Below, piece by piece: positions 1 through 13,074 of a DNA stretch of 64,000 nucleotides. Each line of letters starts with the position of its first letter. Position 1 is the stretch's first letter. The notes beneath the pieces are model-generated. The model saw only the letters and a program-made list of their open reading frames with translations, had not been told where the DNA came from and did not search any database. Source of the stretch: Octopus sinensis (lineage: Eukaryota); assembly GCF_006345805.1 (NCBI RefSeq), contig NC_043016.1, positions 6,448,001 through 6,512,000 of the forward strand, written 5' to 3'. A program made the translations under genes and the position numbers.

Positions 1-108
1 GCATACATATATGCACACGCATACATACATACGTGTATACATATGGACACTGATGCACACATGTGCACAAACAAAAATAATGCAGTTCCAATAATGGACA
101 GTCAACAA

Positions 109-245
109 CTACCGAAAAGGTTGCAAGAAGCAATGAAAAATCTTTTAGAAAAAAATAAGTAAATGAATGGAAATTGAACTGATGAGTTTGTTAATTAAAT
201 AAGGCATTAAAGCATTAAACGACTCTCTCCAGACACAATGAAATA
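109..245 (+). mobile_element. Partial Penelope-like (pLTR-type) repeat, family A, with decayed hammerhead-like motif
   Basis: Shares sequence with 515-735 and 30225-30510 (GTGGAAATTGAACCAGTGAGTGTGTTAA...CCAGACACAA). Motif CTA-CCGAAAA-G-GTTGC-AAGAA-GCAAT-GAAA..TAG at 109-148. Confidence 0.5.
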
Positions 246-284
246 GGCTTCAGTACATGAATACATACATACATATATATACAT

Positions 285-500
285 ATAGGGGGAGTTTACG
301 AAAGAAACAAAAGACAAAGACAGGTGGTGTACAAAACAAACAGATGTATTAGTATAACGCTCAGGAATAGAAAAAGTCTTTTACGTTTCGAGCCTATGCT
401 CTTCTACAGAAAGGGACACAGAAAAAACAAGGAGAGAAAAAAATGTGTGTAGTGGCTAATGATCTATCATGGCGACTAACTCGGACAGAAGGGTCACACA
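285..500 (-). mobile_element. Penelope-like short repeat, family B, with hammerhead-like motif at 378-413
   Basis: Minus strand reads CTTT-CTGTAGA-A-GAGC-ATAG-GCTC-GAAAC-GTA-AAAG. Second copy on + at 16780-16955. Confidence 0.55.
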
Positions 501-514
501 CCTAAATATATATT

Positions 515-735
515 TTGTGTCTGGAGAGAGTCATACTGCCTTAATATCTAACACACTCACTGGTTCAATCTCCACTCATTATTTATTTATTTTTGGAATA
601 CATGGAAAATAAATAAGTAAATGAGTGGAAATTGAACCAGTGAGTGTGTTAATGAGGCATTGAAGCAGAATGACTTTCCCCAGACACAATACGAATTAAC
701 ATAAAGAATCTTACAAACCAAATACAAAAACAACA
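515..735. mobile_element. Foldback element, family A
   Basis: Inverted arms GTGTCTGGAGAGAGTCAT...CACTCATT / AATGAGTGG...ATGACTTTCCCCAGACAC. Followed by the tail CATAAAGAATCTTACAAACCAAAT, also seen after the 30225 copy. Confidence 0.65.
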
Positions 736-936
736 TATATATCTATATTGGTGTAAAAAGATTGAATTTAGATTCGTCGTTTAATTTGGGGTTATAGTTA
801 TTACCTAACTGCATCCACATATCTTTATTTCTCATAAAGGTAAATATGAGCCTCTTAGATTCTATTCTACTATTTCCTTTCTCAAATCCTTTGTAAAAAT
901 TTTGTTTATACTTTTTGCACTGAAGAATACATTGAT

Positions 937-1900
937 CATCATCATCATCATCATCGTTTAATGTCTGTTTTCCATGCTAGCACGGGTTGGATGGTTTAAC
1001 TGGGTTCTGGGAAGCCAGGAGGCTGCACCAGGCTCCGGTCTGATCTGGCAGTGTTTCTACAAGTGGATGCCCTTCCTAACGCCAACCACTCCGTAAGTGT
1101 AGTGGGTGCTTTTTATATGCCACCAGCACAGGTGCCAGGGGAGGCTGGCAGCGGCCACGATCAGTTGGTGCTTTTTACATGTCACCGGCACAGAAGCCAG
1201 TCAAAGCAGTGCCGGCATCGGCCATGTTTGGATGGTGCTTTTTCTGTGCCACCGGCACAGGTATCACAACTACAATTTCCATTTGATATTTATTTTGATG
1301 TTGATGTACTTGACTCAGTAGGTCTCCTCAAGCACAGCAAGTCATGTGCCACCAGCACAGAAGCCAGTCAAGGCGGTGCTGGCATCGGCCACGTTTGGAT
1401 GGTGCATTTTACATGTCGCTGGCACAGGTATCACAACTACAATTTCATTTGATATTTATATTGATGTTGATTGTACTTGACTCAATAGGTCTCAAGCACA
1501 GCAGATCACCCTACGATCCAAGGTACTTTGGATGGGCTGGGGCTATGCGAAACTGGTGCAGGAAGCAGCCATGAACTCACATTATTGTCGGGTCTTTGCA
1601 GTCACAGCATATTTCTAGAGATCTCGGTCTTTCGTCATTGCCTCTATGAAGCCCAATGTTCGAAGGTCATGCTTGACTACCTCATCCCATGTCTTCTTGG
1701 GTCTACCTCTACCCCGGATACATTTAACTGTCTGGGAATGACACTTCTTCACACATCTCCTCATCCATCCACAGTATATGACCATACCAGTGCAAATGTC
1801 TCTCTTGCACACCACATCTGATGCTTCTTATGTCCAGCATTTCTCTCTAGGTGCTTACACTCTGTTGTGTGTGCACACTGACATTACACATCCAGCAGAT
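937..1900 (-). mobile_element. RTE-clade LINE 3' fragment (ORF end, long 3' UTR, (GAT)n tail)
   Basis: Minus-strand translation ...CVKKCHSQTVKCIRGRGRPKKTWDEVVKHDL is the RTE C-terminus. UTR has GGAAGGGCATCCA motif; (ATC)n at 937-955 is the tail. Confidence 0.8.
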
Positions 1901-2065
1901 TGATATATAATTTAATTAATTTAATTTACTTCAATTCAACCATGAAATTGCACGATTTTTATATCTCTGTATGAAACGATTGTCTGTGAATTAATATTCT
2001 CCGATATACTTTAACATCTTCTCTTCCCCATTTTTAACTAAATTGTTGAGTTTTATGGGATTTCC

Positions 2066-2470
2066 TTACTCTTTACTCTTTTACTTGTTTCAGTCATTTG
2101 ACTGTGGCCATGCTGGAGCACTACCTTTAGTTGAGCAAATCAACCCCGGGACTTATTCTTTGTAAGCCCAGTACTTATTCTATCAGTCTCTTTTGCTGAA
2201 CCGCTAAGTGACGGGGACGTAAACACACCAGCATTGGTTGTCAAGCAATGCTAAGGGGACAAACACAGACACACACATATATAGGTATATATATATACAT
2301 ATATACGGCAGGCTTCTTTCAGTTTCCGTCTACCAAATCCACTCACAAGGCATTGGTCGGCCCGGGGCTATAGTAGAATACACTTGCCCAAGATGCCATG
2401 CAGTGGGACTGAACCCGGAACCATGTGGTTGGTAAGCAAGCTACTTACCACACAGCCACTCCTGTGCCTA
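2066..2470 (-). mobile_element. tRNA-derived CORE-like SINE with internal (TA/CA)n; further copies at about 4177-4410, 11235-11550, 17945-18340, 20730-21090, 24170-24480, 45185-45415, 51830-51985, 57950-58340
   Basis: Head GGCTGTGTGGTAAG...GGGTTCAGTCCC (A/B-box like), central GGCATCTTGGGCAAGTG, tail ...CAGTCAAATGACTGAAACAAGTAAAAGAGT. Many near-identical copies in the window. Confidence 0.85.
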
Positions 2471-3285
2471 TACTATACTATAATAAAATTCAAAGTTTGT
2501 TTCCCTGCCATTTGATTAAGATGATAAAGATTACAAATAAAGTATTCATTTCCCCCCATTAAGAAAAAAAAAATTAGTTGTAAATATTGACGCTTTAAAG
2601 GGTCATTGCAGCTAATGCTGTCTGCCCTTTTCTTTTACTTTCTTTTTCCTCCCCATTAATCATTTATACAACACTTGGAGTATCATGGACAGAAAATCTC
2701 CCTATATTTTTATGAGATTTTTGTTGAATCACAAGAACTTACTTTTTTTTGATGAATACATTTTCTTGATGAATTCTTCTTGTTTGGTGTTTCTTTCATC
2801 TATCTCTTCACTGGGCAAAATTGCAGTCATGCCAGATACTAGTGTCATGCAAATGGCACCTTTGCTGGTGGCACATAAAAAGCACCCATTACAGTCTCAG
2901 AATGGTTGGCATTAGGAAGGGCATCCAGCCGTAGAAACCATGCCAAAACAGATTGGAGCCTGGTGCAGCCTTCCAGACTGCCAGCCTCAATCAAGCCGTC
3001 CAACCGATGTCTCTACGAACAACGGATGTTAAACAATGATGATGATGATGACATGAGATAATAAACATTTGTGATCCTCCTTTCCTTTTTTTCAACTTTT
3101 TTTGTTCAATTCTTGCTTGGGTCAGGTATAGAAGCATCTCATCCACTTTACCCCATGAACTGATTATAAAACTGGTTTCAAATTTTGGCACAAGGTCAGC
3201 AATTTTGAAGGAAGGGTTAAGTCAATTACATCAACTCCACTGCTCCACTGGTACCTATTTTATTGACTCTGAGAGGATCAAAGAT

Positions 3286-3693
3286 GGATCTTTTCAGTTT
3301 GAACGGCAGTTTTTAAAAATAATTTTCACATAACTAAACACTTTTAAACTTCGTATACTGGTAGAATGTGTTTATAAAACATCTTTCTCTCTTGGCTTTA
3401 TTGAGAAAATTCTATAGTTTGTAAGATATTTGTTGTTTTTTTTCTTCAATTTCTACAATTTCAACCAATCAATGATGTTTATTGAGGTGAAAACATTCTG
3501 TGCCGTATGAATATGTCCCTCGTTTAAAACAGATTGGGTTTATTTATGTTTCTGAAGAAAAAAAGATACCCTTCCCCCACCCCTAACCCTAAAACAGATT
3601 GAAATGCAATAGATCGATACTAGGGTCATAATTATGGGTGACAATTTCATATGACACCGCTAGAAAAAACTGCCGTCCAAACTGAAAAGATCC
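3286..3693. mobile_element. MITE with GG termini (Merlin-like), nested inside a SINE
   Basis: 29-bp TIR GGATCTTTTCAGTTTGAACGGCAGTTTTT / AAAAACTGCCGTCCAAACTGAAAAGATCC. Imperfect 8-bp flanks TCAAAGAT/TCAAACAC. Internal CCCTAACCCTAA. Splits a SINE spanning about 3160-3800. Confidence 0.75.
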
Positions 3694-4619
3694 TCAAACA
3701 CAAAGTCAATCTTGGTGAAATTTGAACTCAAATCAAAGATTGACGAAATGCCACTAAGTATTTTTCTCAGTGTGTCAACGATTCTGCCAGCTTGCCGCCT
3801 CACTGATTATCCTAATTATTAAATACCTAATTATTAAATACCACTCATACTAGAAGAGCTTTCTATGGTTGCCCCAGATATTCCTTTCTGTTCTGTACCA
3901 GTTTTTTAAATTCAGAGTTACCATTCTATTAAGTTGTCTTGTGAAGTTCAGGCATGGGTGTATGGTTAAGAAGTTTCTTACCAACCTCATGGCTTCAAGT
4001 TCAGTCCCATTACATGGCACTTTGGGTAAGAGTATCCAGGTTAACTGACCAAAACCTTGTGAATGAATTTGGTTGATGGAAACAGAGAGAAGCCTGTCAT
4101 GTCTATTATAAGGACATAATGTAAATAACACTGGTTACCACCCATGCCAGCATGGGAAACAGATTAAAGGATAATCTTTTATCTTTTACTTGTTTCAGTC
4201 ATTTGACTGCAACCATGCTGGAGCACTGCCTTAAAGGGTTTTTTAAGTCAAGCAAATTGACCCCAGGACTTATTCTTCGTAAGCCTAGTACTTATTCTAT
4301 CAGAGTCTTTTACCAAACTGCTAAGTTACAGGGATGTAAACACACCAGCACTGGTTGTTGAGTGGTGGTGGTGGTAGTGGGGGAGAAAATACAGACACAA
4401 AGACACACACACTCTGATCTGGCAATGTTTCTACGGCAGGATGCCCTTCCTAACGCCAACCACTCCATGAGTGTAGTGGGTGCTTTTTACGAGCCACGGT
4501 CAGGATGGTACACCACACACACACACACACACATATATATACATATATATATGTGTGTGTATGTATATATATATATATTATGAGACTGATGCACTGCCTA
4601 TAATATACCAATATGTGAA

Positions 4620-4940
4620 GGTGCATGGCTCAGTGGTTAAAGTATCGGGCTCACAATCATGAGGCAGTGGGGCTGGTTCCTGGACTGGGCTGCATGTTGT
4701 GTTCTTGAGCAAGGCACTTTATTTCACGTTGCTCCAGTTCATTCCATCTGTAGAAATGAGTTGCGATGTCACTGGTGCCAAACTGCATCAGCCTTTGTCT
4801 TTCCCTTGGATAACATCGGCAGCATGGTATGCATAGGTGACTGCTGGTCTTCCATAAACTTTGCTTGGACTTGCGTCTTGGAGAGTAATTTTCTAGGTAC
4901 AATCCCATGGCCATTTATGACTGAAGAAGGGCTCATCTCA
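4620..4940 (+). mobile_element. tRNA-derived SINE (GTGTTCTTGAGCAAG core); further copies at about 9520-9790, 28711-29045, 30917-31240 (-), 49225-49500
   Basis: TGGCTCAGTGG A box, B-box-like region, conserved TTCACGTTGCTCCAGTTCA..CTGTAGAAATGAGTT. Repeated in the window. Confidence 0.8.
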
Positions 4941-5111
4941 CCCCCCCACACGCACACACACACACATTTGTATATGTATATATATAAATGTTTTCAAATT
5001 TATCTCTACAGATTTTCCATAAAATTTAGAGCCAGCACTGAAAGTTATGTTTCATTTTTGAATACGTCTATGTAAACAATGTAAGCAAAGATAGAAAAAT
5101 GGGTGATGGGT

Positions 5112-5470
5112 CATCATCATCGTTTAACATCCGCTTTCCATGCTAGCATGGGTTGGACGATTTTGACTGAGGACTGGCAAACCAGATGGCTGCACCAGGT
5201 TCCAATCTTGATCTGGCAGAGTTTCTACAGCTGGATGCCCTTCCTAACGCCAACCACTCCAAGAGTGTAGTGGGTGCTTTTTACATGCCACTGGCATGGG
5301 GGCCAGTCAGGCGGTACTGGCAACGACCTCGCTCGAATCTTTTTACACATGCCACCAGCACAGGTGCCAGTAAGGCGACGTTGGTAACAATCACGCTCGA
5401 ATGGTGCCCTTTTATGTGCCACTGGCAATGATCACACTCGGATGGTGGGCAACGATCATGCTTGGATGGT
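5112..5470 (-). mobile_element. RTE 3' UTR/tail fragment; similar tails at 10745-11071, 32875-33110, 35415-35586, 57405-57700
   Basis: (CAT)n-CGTTTAACATCCGCTTTCCATGCTAGCATGGGTTGG...GGATGCCCTTCCTAACGCCAACCAC, same as the 937-1900 element. Confidence 0.75.
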
Positions 5471-6979
5471 GTATATGTATATTCCAGGAATTATTGCACC
5501 TTCTTCAGCACCAGAGTATTGTCTTATAAACCTTTAATATACTTGGTTCTATATTATGGTTCTAAAATGAAACACAATGTCGCTACTAGCAATTACTGTA
5601 TAAATGTATACAAACGTTTTATTCTTTAGTATTTAAACCAGCCAAATCCGACACAAATATTCTTCCTGTTTTACTTTCAAACTGGCAAAACCTGGCCCCT
5701 CACACCTTCCCAATATTTGTCATTCTAAAGTCACATCAGTGAAATCTCGAAGCTTCAGTATAATGCATGATTAATTCAAAATAATGTGAATATATAAGCA
5801 TTACATTTGACAGAATAATTTGAATGCTAAATAATTATATACACCCTTCTTATTTCTTTATTGCCCATAAGGGGCTAAACATAGAGGGGACAAACAAAGA
5901 CAGACGAAGGGATTAAGTTGATTACATCGACCCCAGTGCGTAACTGGTACTTAATTTATCGACCCCGAAAGGATGAAAGGCAAAGTTGACCTTGGCGGAA
6001 TTTGAACTCAGAACATAATGGCAGAAGAAATACCGCTAAGCATTTGCCCGTTGTGCTAACGTTTCTGCCAGCTCACCGCCTATATACACCCTTCTGATGA
6101 ATCGCCAGTATGAGCTGGTTTTTTAGTTTTGTTGCTAATATTCTTGTTGCTACTACAACATAACTTTCATCTCTAATTCTTAAACATATCAAAATCTCTG
6201 AGATGCTTTTTTACTTCATCTATTTTGACATTTCGAATATACAAAGCTGAATACCAAAGATAATGGCAGTTGTTTTTTTGTAGCGTTTTCCATTTTATAT
6301 TCTTGCTGTAAATTTTACCAAAAAAAAAAAAAATCTGAAGGCGCAACCATCCCAGCAAATGTTAGCATTTCTGATGAATTAACGATGCAGACAAATTAAC
6401 GAAGAAAGAGATGAATATCTGGTTTTAGAGAAAGAGAAGAAGATAATGACAGCTTTGACATAATTTAATGAAAGTTCTGAACATACTAATTAAATTATTC
6501 TCATTTGTTCAGACATTTCATGCTTCATTGAATTCTATGTGAATTCAATCATTCAATTTACTTTGCGGCCATACGGTGAATTATTTTTGAATATAATTAC
6601 AAGAAACACATAGAAACAGAACCACAAATCACAGTTGATAATTTCCAATTAATGTTTTAAGCTCATAATACATTCAGTAAAAGTAGATGGTCCTCGTTTA
6701 CTACAAAATCTACCTTAACCAAGGATATGTGCTACTTCTGCTCAAGCACCCCCAACTCACACGTCTTCTTCCCTTCTTTCAGTCCCCCATATTTTGATTT
6801 TCGTCCCACTCCTGTCCTATAGGTTCTATACAAACATTTCTCTCAGTACTTTCTTTCCAGAGTGCCATCCCACTGAAATTCATTGCCTTTCATAGAAACT
6901 GTCCACCCTCATTTATTCAAGAAGAACATCAGCCACTGGTATGGCTGTGTCCCAATTACAGGGTATTTGGGTTCAAATA

Positions 6980-7211
6980 GGCAGTGAGCTGGCTGAAGCG
7001 TTAGCACGCTGGGCAAAATGCTTAGCGGTATTTCGTCTGCCGCTACGTTCTGAGTTCAAATTCCGCTGAGGTCGATTTTGCCTTTCATTCTTTCGGGGTT
7101 GATTAAATAAATACCAGTTACGCACTGGAGTCGATATAATCCACTTAATCCATTTATCTGTCCTTGTTTGTCCCCTCTGTGTTTAGCCCCTTGTGGGTAG
7201 TAAAGAAATAG
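6980..7211 (+). mobile_element. SINE with Meta/MESC-like central domain; further copies at 5850-6080(-), 7993-8290, 9061-9291, 17645-17876, 21292-21513(-), 46242-46472, 48971-49198, 51153-51384, 54375-54606(-), 60023-60272
   Basis: GGCGGCGAGCTGGCAGAA head, GAGTTCAAATTCC B box, GCCTTTCATCCTTTCGGGGTCGATAAATTAAGTACCAG centre, end TAAAGAAATAG. This copy is flanked by the direct repeat GGTATTTGGGTTCAA. Confidence 0.85.
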
Positions 7212-8454
7212 GTATTTGGGTTCAACTTTAGTCTATGGTGCACCTTTGGTGTCTTCTGCTATAGCTCCACATTGACCAAAACCTGTGGATTTGGTTGACC
7301 AAAACTGTAAAAAGCACATGCACACATGCATGCACACACATATGTATGCATGCACACATGCACACACACACACACATACACACATGTATTTATGTGTGTG
7401 TGTGTGTGACTGTTTGTGTCTGCTTTATCTTGACATCATGTGATGGTTGCAAAAATGCATGTCACTGTCATACAACACGTGTCCTTGATTTCTAATCTTT
7501 CATGCAAACATGTCTGACCATGGGGAAATACTATCTTACTTGGAAATAGATAAGGGTTGGCAACAGGAAGGGCATCCAGCTGTTGAAAATCTGCCAGAAG
7601 GAATTCTGTCTGAGCACATGAAAGTATGGAAAAATGGACATAAAATGATGATGTTGAGGATGATGTTGATGGTGATGATGATGAATCTCACCAGCATCAC
7701 ATGACATACAAAACTCATACCTCAAACCTACCATGCCCACCCCCCAAAAAGAAAGAAAACAAAATCAGAGGCATTCCACTCACAATTATCAAGCTTTTTT
7801 TTAATATATATTTGTGACTGTATTTTCCAGTGTATCTTTCCTGTTTGAAGATGACAGGGTGTGTGTGGGTGTGTAATTGAGGGATCAGATGCACTCTTAT
7901 TAGAAAGTAGAGAGGGTGATTGAGAGTGGTGAACAATCTGAGTCATAAGAGCATAAAAAAAAATGCCTTGTGCTATTATTTATCCCAGCTAAGGCAGTGA
8001 GCTGGCAGAATTGTAGCTCGCTGGGCGAAATGCTTAGCGGTATTTCGTCTGCGGTTACGTTCTGAGTTCAAATTCCGCCGAGGTCGACTTTGCCTTTCAT
8101 CCTTTTGGGGTCGATAAATTAAGTACCAGTTATGCACTGGGGTCGATGTAATCGACTTAATCCATTTGTCTGTCTTTGTTTGTCCCCTCTGTGTTTGGCC
8201 TCTTGTGGGTAGTGAAGAAATAGGTATTTCGTCTGTCTTTATGTTCTGAGTTCAAATTCCACTGAGGATGACTTTGCCTTTCATCCTTTCAGTGCCCGGT
8301 GCAGCTCTCTGGTGTGCCAGATCCTATGAAAGTATCCGACCACGGCCAGAATGGAATATGATGGATGTTAAATGATGCTGCGGATACAATAAGACGTTTC
8401 TAAATGTGCAATGAATAACAGTATTGAAAACAAATGACGATGATGTGATAAATG

Positions 8455-8492
<38 letters not shown>

Positions 8493-8916
8493 GGTGTGCG
8501 TGTGGTGTGCGTGTGTGTGTGCGTGTGTGTGTGTGCGTGTGTGTGTGCGTGTGTGGTGGTGTGTGGTGTGCGTGTGTGTGTGTGCGTGGTGTGTGTGTGC
8601 GGTGTGTGGTGCGTGTGTGGTGTGCGTGTGTGTGTGCGTGTGTGTTGCGTGTGTGTGTGCGTGTGTGTGTGGTCGTGTGTGTTGCACATGCATGCATGTG
8701 AGTGTATGTATGCATGTATATGTATATATGTGTGTGCGCATGTGTGCATGTGTGTGTATGCATATGTGTGAGTGAGTATGTATATGTAAAAATGCATGTG
8801 TATGTGAGTGTGTGTGTATGTGTGTATGTATGCATGTATATGTATATACATGTGTGTATATATGTGCATGTGTGCATGTATGTGCATGTGCGTGTGTGTG
8901 TGTGTGTGTGTGTGTG
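8455..8916. repeat. Long compound (TG/TGCG/TATG)n microsatellite
   Basis: Directly visible; source of the His/Thr and Val/Cys pseudo-ORFs. Confidence 0.95.
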
Positions 8917-9026
8917 CCAATCATCATCATTATCATTATCATTTAACCTCTGTTCTTCATGCTGGTATGGTACATGAATATTCATATTTTGCTTGTTACC
9001 ATGTTAGTGAAGTGGTACTGATGTCA

Positions 9027-9060
9027 TAAGGGTTAGGGTTATGGTTAACCCTAACCCTTA
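9027..9060. repeat. Head-to-head telomere-like inverted repeat
   Basis: TAAGGGTTAGGGTTA-TGGT-TAACCCTAACCCTTA; perfect 15-bp arms. Confidence 0.85.
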
Positions 9061-11071
9061 GGCGGCGAGCTGGCAGAATTGTTAGCATGCCGGGCGAAAT
9101 ACTTAGTGGTATTTCGCCCGTTGCTACGTTCTGAGTTCAAATTCCGCCAAGGTCGACTTTGCCTTCCATCCTTTCGGGGTCAATTAAATAAGTACCAGTT
9201 ACACACTGGGGTCGATGTGATCGACTTAATCCCTTTGTCTGTCCTTGTTTGTTCTCTCTGTGTTTAGCCCCTTGTGGGTAGTAAACAAATAGGTACTGAT
9301 GTCATTCTCTGTTGATATGACAGATTTCTCTGCACTTTTAAAGACTTGTAGAATATAAAAAGCCCCTAACTGGAACCCCCCCCCCCAAAAAAAAAACAGA
9401 TAAGGATTATTGGTGGCTGAAAGGGCACCTGACTATAAAAAACTTCTCCCTAATCAATTCCCAATTAAGTCATTGGTTACTTCTCACCTGAAAACAAATC
9501 GGGAATAAAATGATGTCATGTGGTTAGGGTTTTGTACTCACAATCACAAGGTCATTGTTTCAAATCACACACAAGGTGATGTGATGTGTTCTTGAGCAAA
9601 ACACTTTACTTCCTGCTGCTCCGGTTCACTCAGCTGTAGAAATGAGTAAGAGACTGTGACAGACTGGCATCCCATCCAGGGGCAAATGTTGTGATCTTGG
9701 TCACTGAGTAAGTGACCTGGAAACTGAGTAACTGACCCTGTGAATCTAGGACATGAGGCAGTAATGCCCAAGAAAAGACGATGATGATGGTGGTGACAAG
9801 TGTTAGGTTTTACAGCTTGATCTCGCTCTCCTTGAGATGAAGTTAACAGTTCTATAGGAAGGGGAAAAAAATGCTTCCTATGTTTCAAGAGGGTCGTTAA
9901 AAATTCAGCAATTAGCCATTTGTGAAAAGAAATTATTAATCATCAAAACATTTTAGTTTCTGCTGGTTTGGTCATGTGATGCGTACGATTGAGGAGAGCT
10001 GCATAAAGAAGTGCCGAGCCCTAATTGTGGAGGGAGCCTGTGGAAGGGGTCAAGCCAGGAAGACGTGGGACAAACCACTGCCACCACCACCACCACCACC
10101 ACCGCCACTGCCACCACCACCGCTACTGCTGCCCTCCCCATCACCACCCCATCATCATCATCATAATTATCATCATCACCATGACAACAGTCATAACAGA
10201 TGGCAATGATGACAATGCACCCCACTGTCACAACAATGATGATAGTGGATGATGACGACTACAATCACCATCACCATCACCATCATCATTTTACTTGCAG
10301 ACATGGACTGGAATTATCTTCATGATTCCTTTTTAGCATTTTGCTAGAATTGTTTGCACACCAGACAAAATGCTCAGCCACATTTCTGATGTCTTTACAT
10401 TCTAAGTTCAAATTCTACTGAGGCTGGCTTTGTCTTTCATCCTTTCTGGGGTCAATAAAATAAGTACAAATTGAGCACTGGGGGGGGGAATGTATTTGAT
10501 TAGATCCCCCCACCCCTTACCCAATGCAAAAATTGTGTGAAAATTTGAAACCATTATCGATGGCAGCAGAATCATTAACAGGCTGGGCAAAATGCTTTGT
10601 GAAGTTTCATCTGTCTTCACGTTCTGAGGTTGACTTTGCCTTTCATCCTTTCAGGGTCATTACAATAAGTTGAACACTGGGGTCGATGTAATTGACTCAT
10701 CCCCTCCCCCCAAAATTTCTGACCTTCTGGAAAAATTTGAAACCATTACTGGCACTTGAGCCCCATGCAAGTAGGGTATTAAGAGCACCATCCGAGCGTG
10801 ATCGTTGCCAGAGCGGCTAACTGGCCTCCGTGCTGGTGGCATGTAAAAGACACCATTCGAGCGTGATTGTTACCAGCATCGCCTTACTGCACCTGTGCCA
10901 GTGGCATGTGCAAAAGATTTGAGTGAGGTCATTGCCAGTACCACCTGACTGGCCCCGTGCTGGTGGCATGTAAAGCACCCACTACACTCTCGTGGTTGGC
11001 ATTAGGAGGGCATCCAGCTGTAGAAACTCTGCCAGATCAAGACTGGAGTCTGGTGCAGACATCTGGTTCGC

Positions 11072-11171
11072 NNNNNNNNNNNNNNNNNNNNNNNNNNNNN
11101 NNNNNNNNNNNNNNNNNNNNNNNNNNNNNNNNNNNNNNNNNNNNNNNNNNNNNNNNNNNNNNNNNNNNNNN
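11072..11171. other. Assembly gap (100 N)
   Basis: Run of N. Confidence 1.
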
Positions 11172-12987
11172 CGTGGCATCTGGGCAAGTGTCTTCTACTA
11201 TACACACATAAATATATACGTATATAATATATATTTGGCTGTGTAGTAATTCTTTACTTTCCAGTCTCATGGTCCCAGTTTCAGTCCCACTGTGTGGCAT
11301 GTAGTCTTCTACTTTAGTGTTGAACCAACCAAGGCCTTGCTTGTGGTTTGGTAGACAGAAGCTGAAAGAAACCTGTTGTATATACATACAAAGACACATA
11401 CACACACACACACGTGTGTGTGTGTATGTGTCTTTGTACTTGTCTTTGTTCCCAACCACCACTTGACAACTGGTGTTGGTGTGTTTACATCCCAGTTTGC
11501 CAAAAGAGATCAATAGAATATGTACTGGGCTTAAAAAACATAAGTGCTGAATGAAAAGTTGAGCATAAGAAGACTAAGATGTAGCTTAGAAGAGAGAAGG
11601 CTGTGATGGTCTGGACTTATGATGTGTATGAATGAAGACAGCAGTATAAAGAAATTCCAAGTGCTTAAAGTGTGTGGCACCTGTGGAAAATAAAACTAAA
11701 AAAGACATGGGAAGAAGTAGTGAGGGCCAATCTAAAGATGTGGAGCCTCACAAAGGAAATGATAATGGATTGAGATGTCTGGTGATATGAGAAGACATGG
11801 CCACCAGAAGTAAAACTGAGTGCTGGAAGTGCTATGCATTCCACCTATACATAACGTTAATTCACGCATCCCACTCCAACGAACCTATCTACATCTCTCC
11901 TTCATGCGCTATGCTTATCTCTCCTCTTCCTTCTCCCCACTCCTGTGGCCCAACGCTGTTCTACCATCATTCTCTCTTGTCCTTCCCTTGCCAACATCAT
12001 TATTGCTCTCCTGCCACTCTCAATAAACTTGTGTTTCACCACTCATACTATTCCCCTTTCCATCTCCTCTTCCCCTTTGCACTTTCAGGAATTCCCTACT
12101 CATGCACCCTGTCCCATCCGCTACCACTCCACTTATATTCACCTCTTTGTATGTTGAGGGTACACCCTGGAACATCACCATAATCTCTCTCTTTTGCTCT
12201 CTTTTTCTTGTTTCCTTGCCCTCTCTCTCTCTCTCTCTCTTCAGATGGGGTAACTATGTAACTTTTCTACAAGATATCTGTTTGTGTCCCTTTATCAAAG
12301 TTTAACCTCCCAGCAACCGATGCTGATGCCGTATAAAAAGAACCCAGTACACTCTGTAAAGTGGTTGGCATTAAGAAGGGCATCCAGCCATAGAAACCAA
12401 ACCAAAGCTGAGAGTAGAGCTTGATGCTGTCCTCTGGCTTTCCAGCTCTTATCAAACCATTAAGACTCATGTCAGCATGGAAGATAGACGCTAAAAGATG
12501 ATGATGATGAGGATGATGATGACGATGATATGCAACAAAGATATGTAGATAAACAATAGTTTACAACACCATAATGCCTCAAAAAGATGAACAGAGTATC
12601 TATGTGAACTTTGCTAACAGAGGAAAAATTTATTTGAAAATCAATATATTTGAGATTAATATGAAAACTAACAGCAGTATCTGCTGAATTAATTTTTAAA
12701 TCTGGCACTGGAAAAAAGATAAAAAGAAAAAAGAAACATCACCATTCCCATGATACCCAGCGTAAAGGACCTAAAATATCAAATGCTTTGAAGTCGAAGC
12801 TGATTTACCTTTGAAATGCTAATGGACTAATGGATGTAGGAATAGTTATGTTCTAGAGTGTACTTAAAGGAAGGTTAATAAGGGGAACATGGAAAGAAAA
12901 ATCTAATAAAAGAGATCAAACCCAAATACAGTCAAGTCTTCATTATCTGAAAGAACCTTTTTCCACTCTACACACACTTTGTGTGTG

Positions 12988-13051
<64 letters not shown>

Positions 13052-13074
13052 ATGTGTGTGTCTATGTATATATA

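Noticed and set aside
6090-6400. CTGATGA words at about 6094 and 6371 (also 54342 and 54879)
   Set aside because: No stem II plus GAAA or closing stem I follows, so they are not hammerheads.
8324-9029. Long His/Thr- and Val/Cys-rich ORFs (also 36096-36419, 38719-39339, 49446-49961)
   Set aside because: They are translations of TG/CA/TA/CATA microsatellites with no splice or domain evidence.
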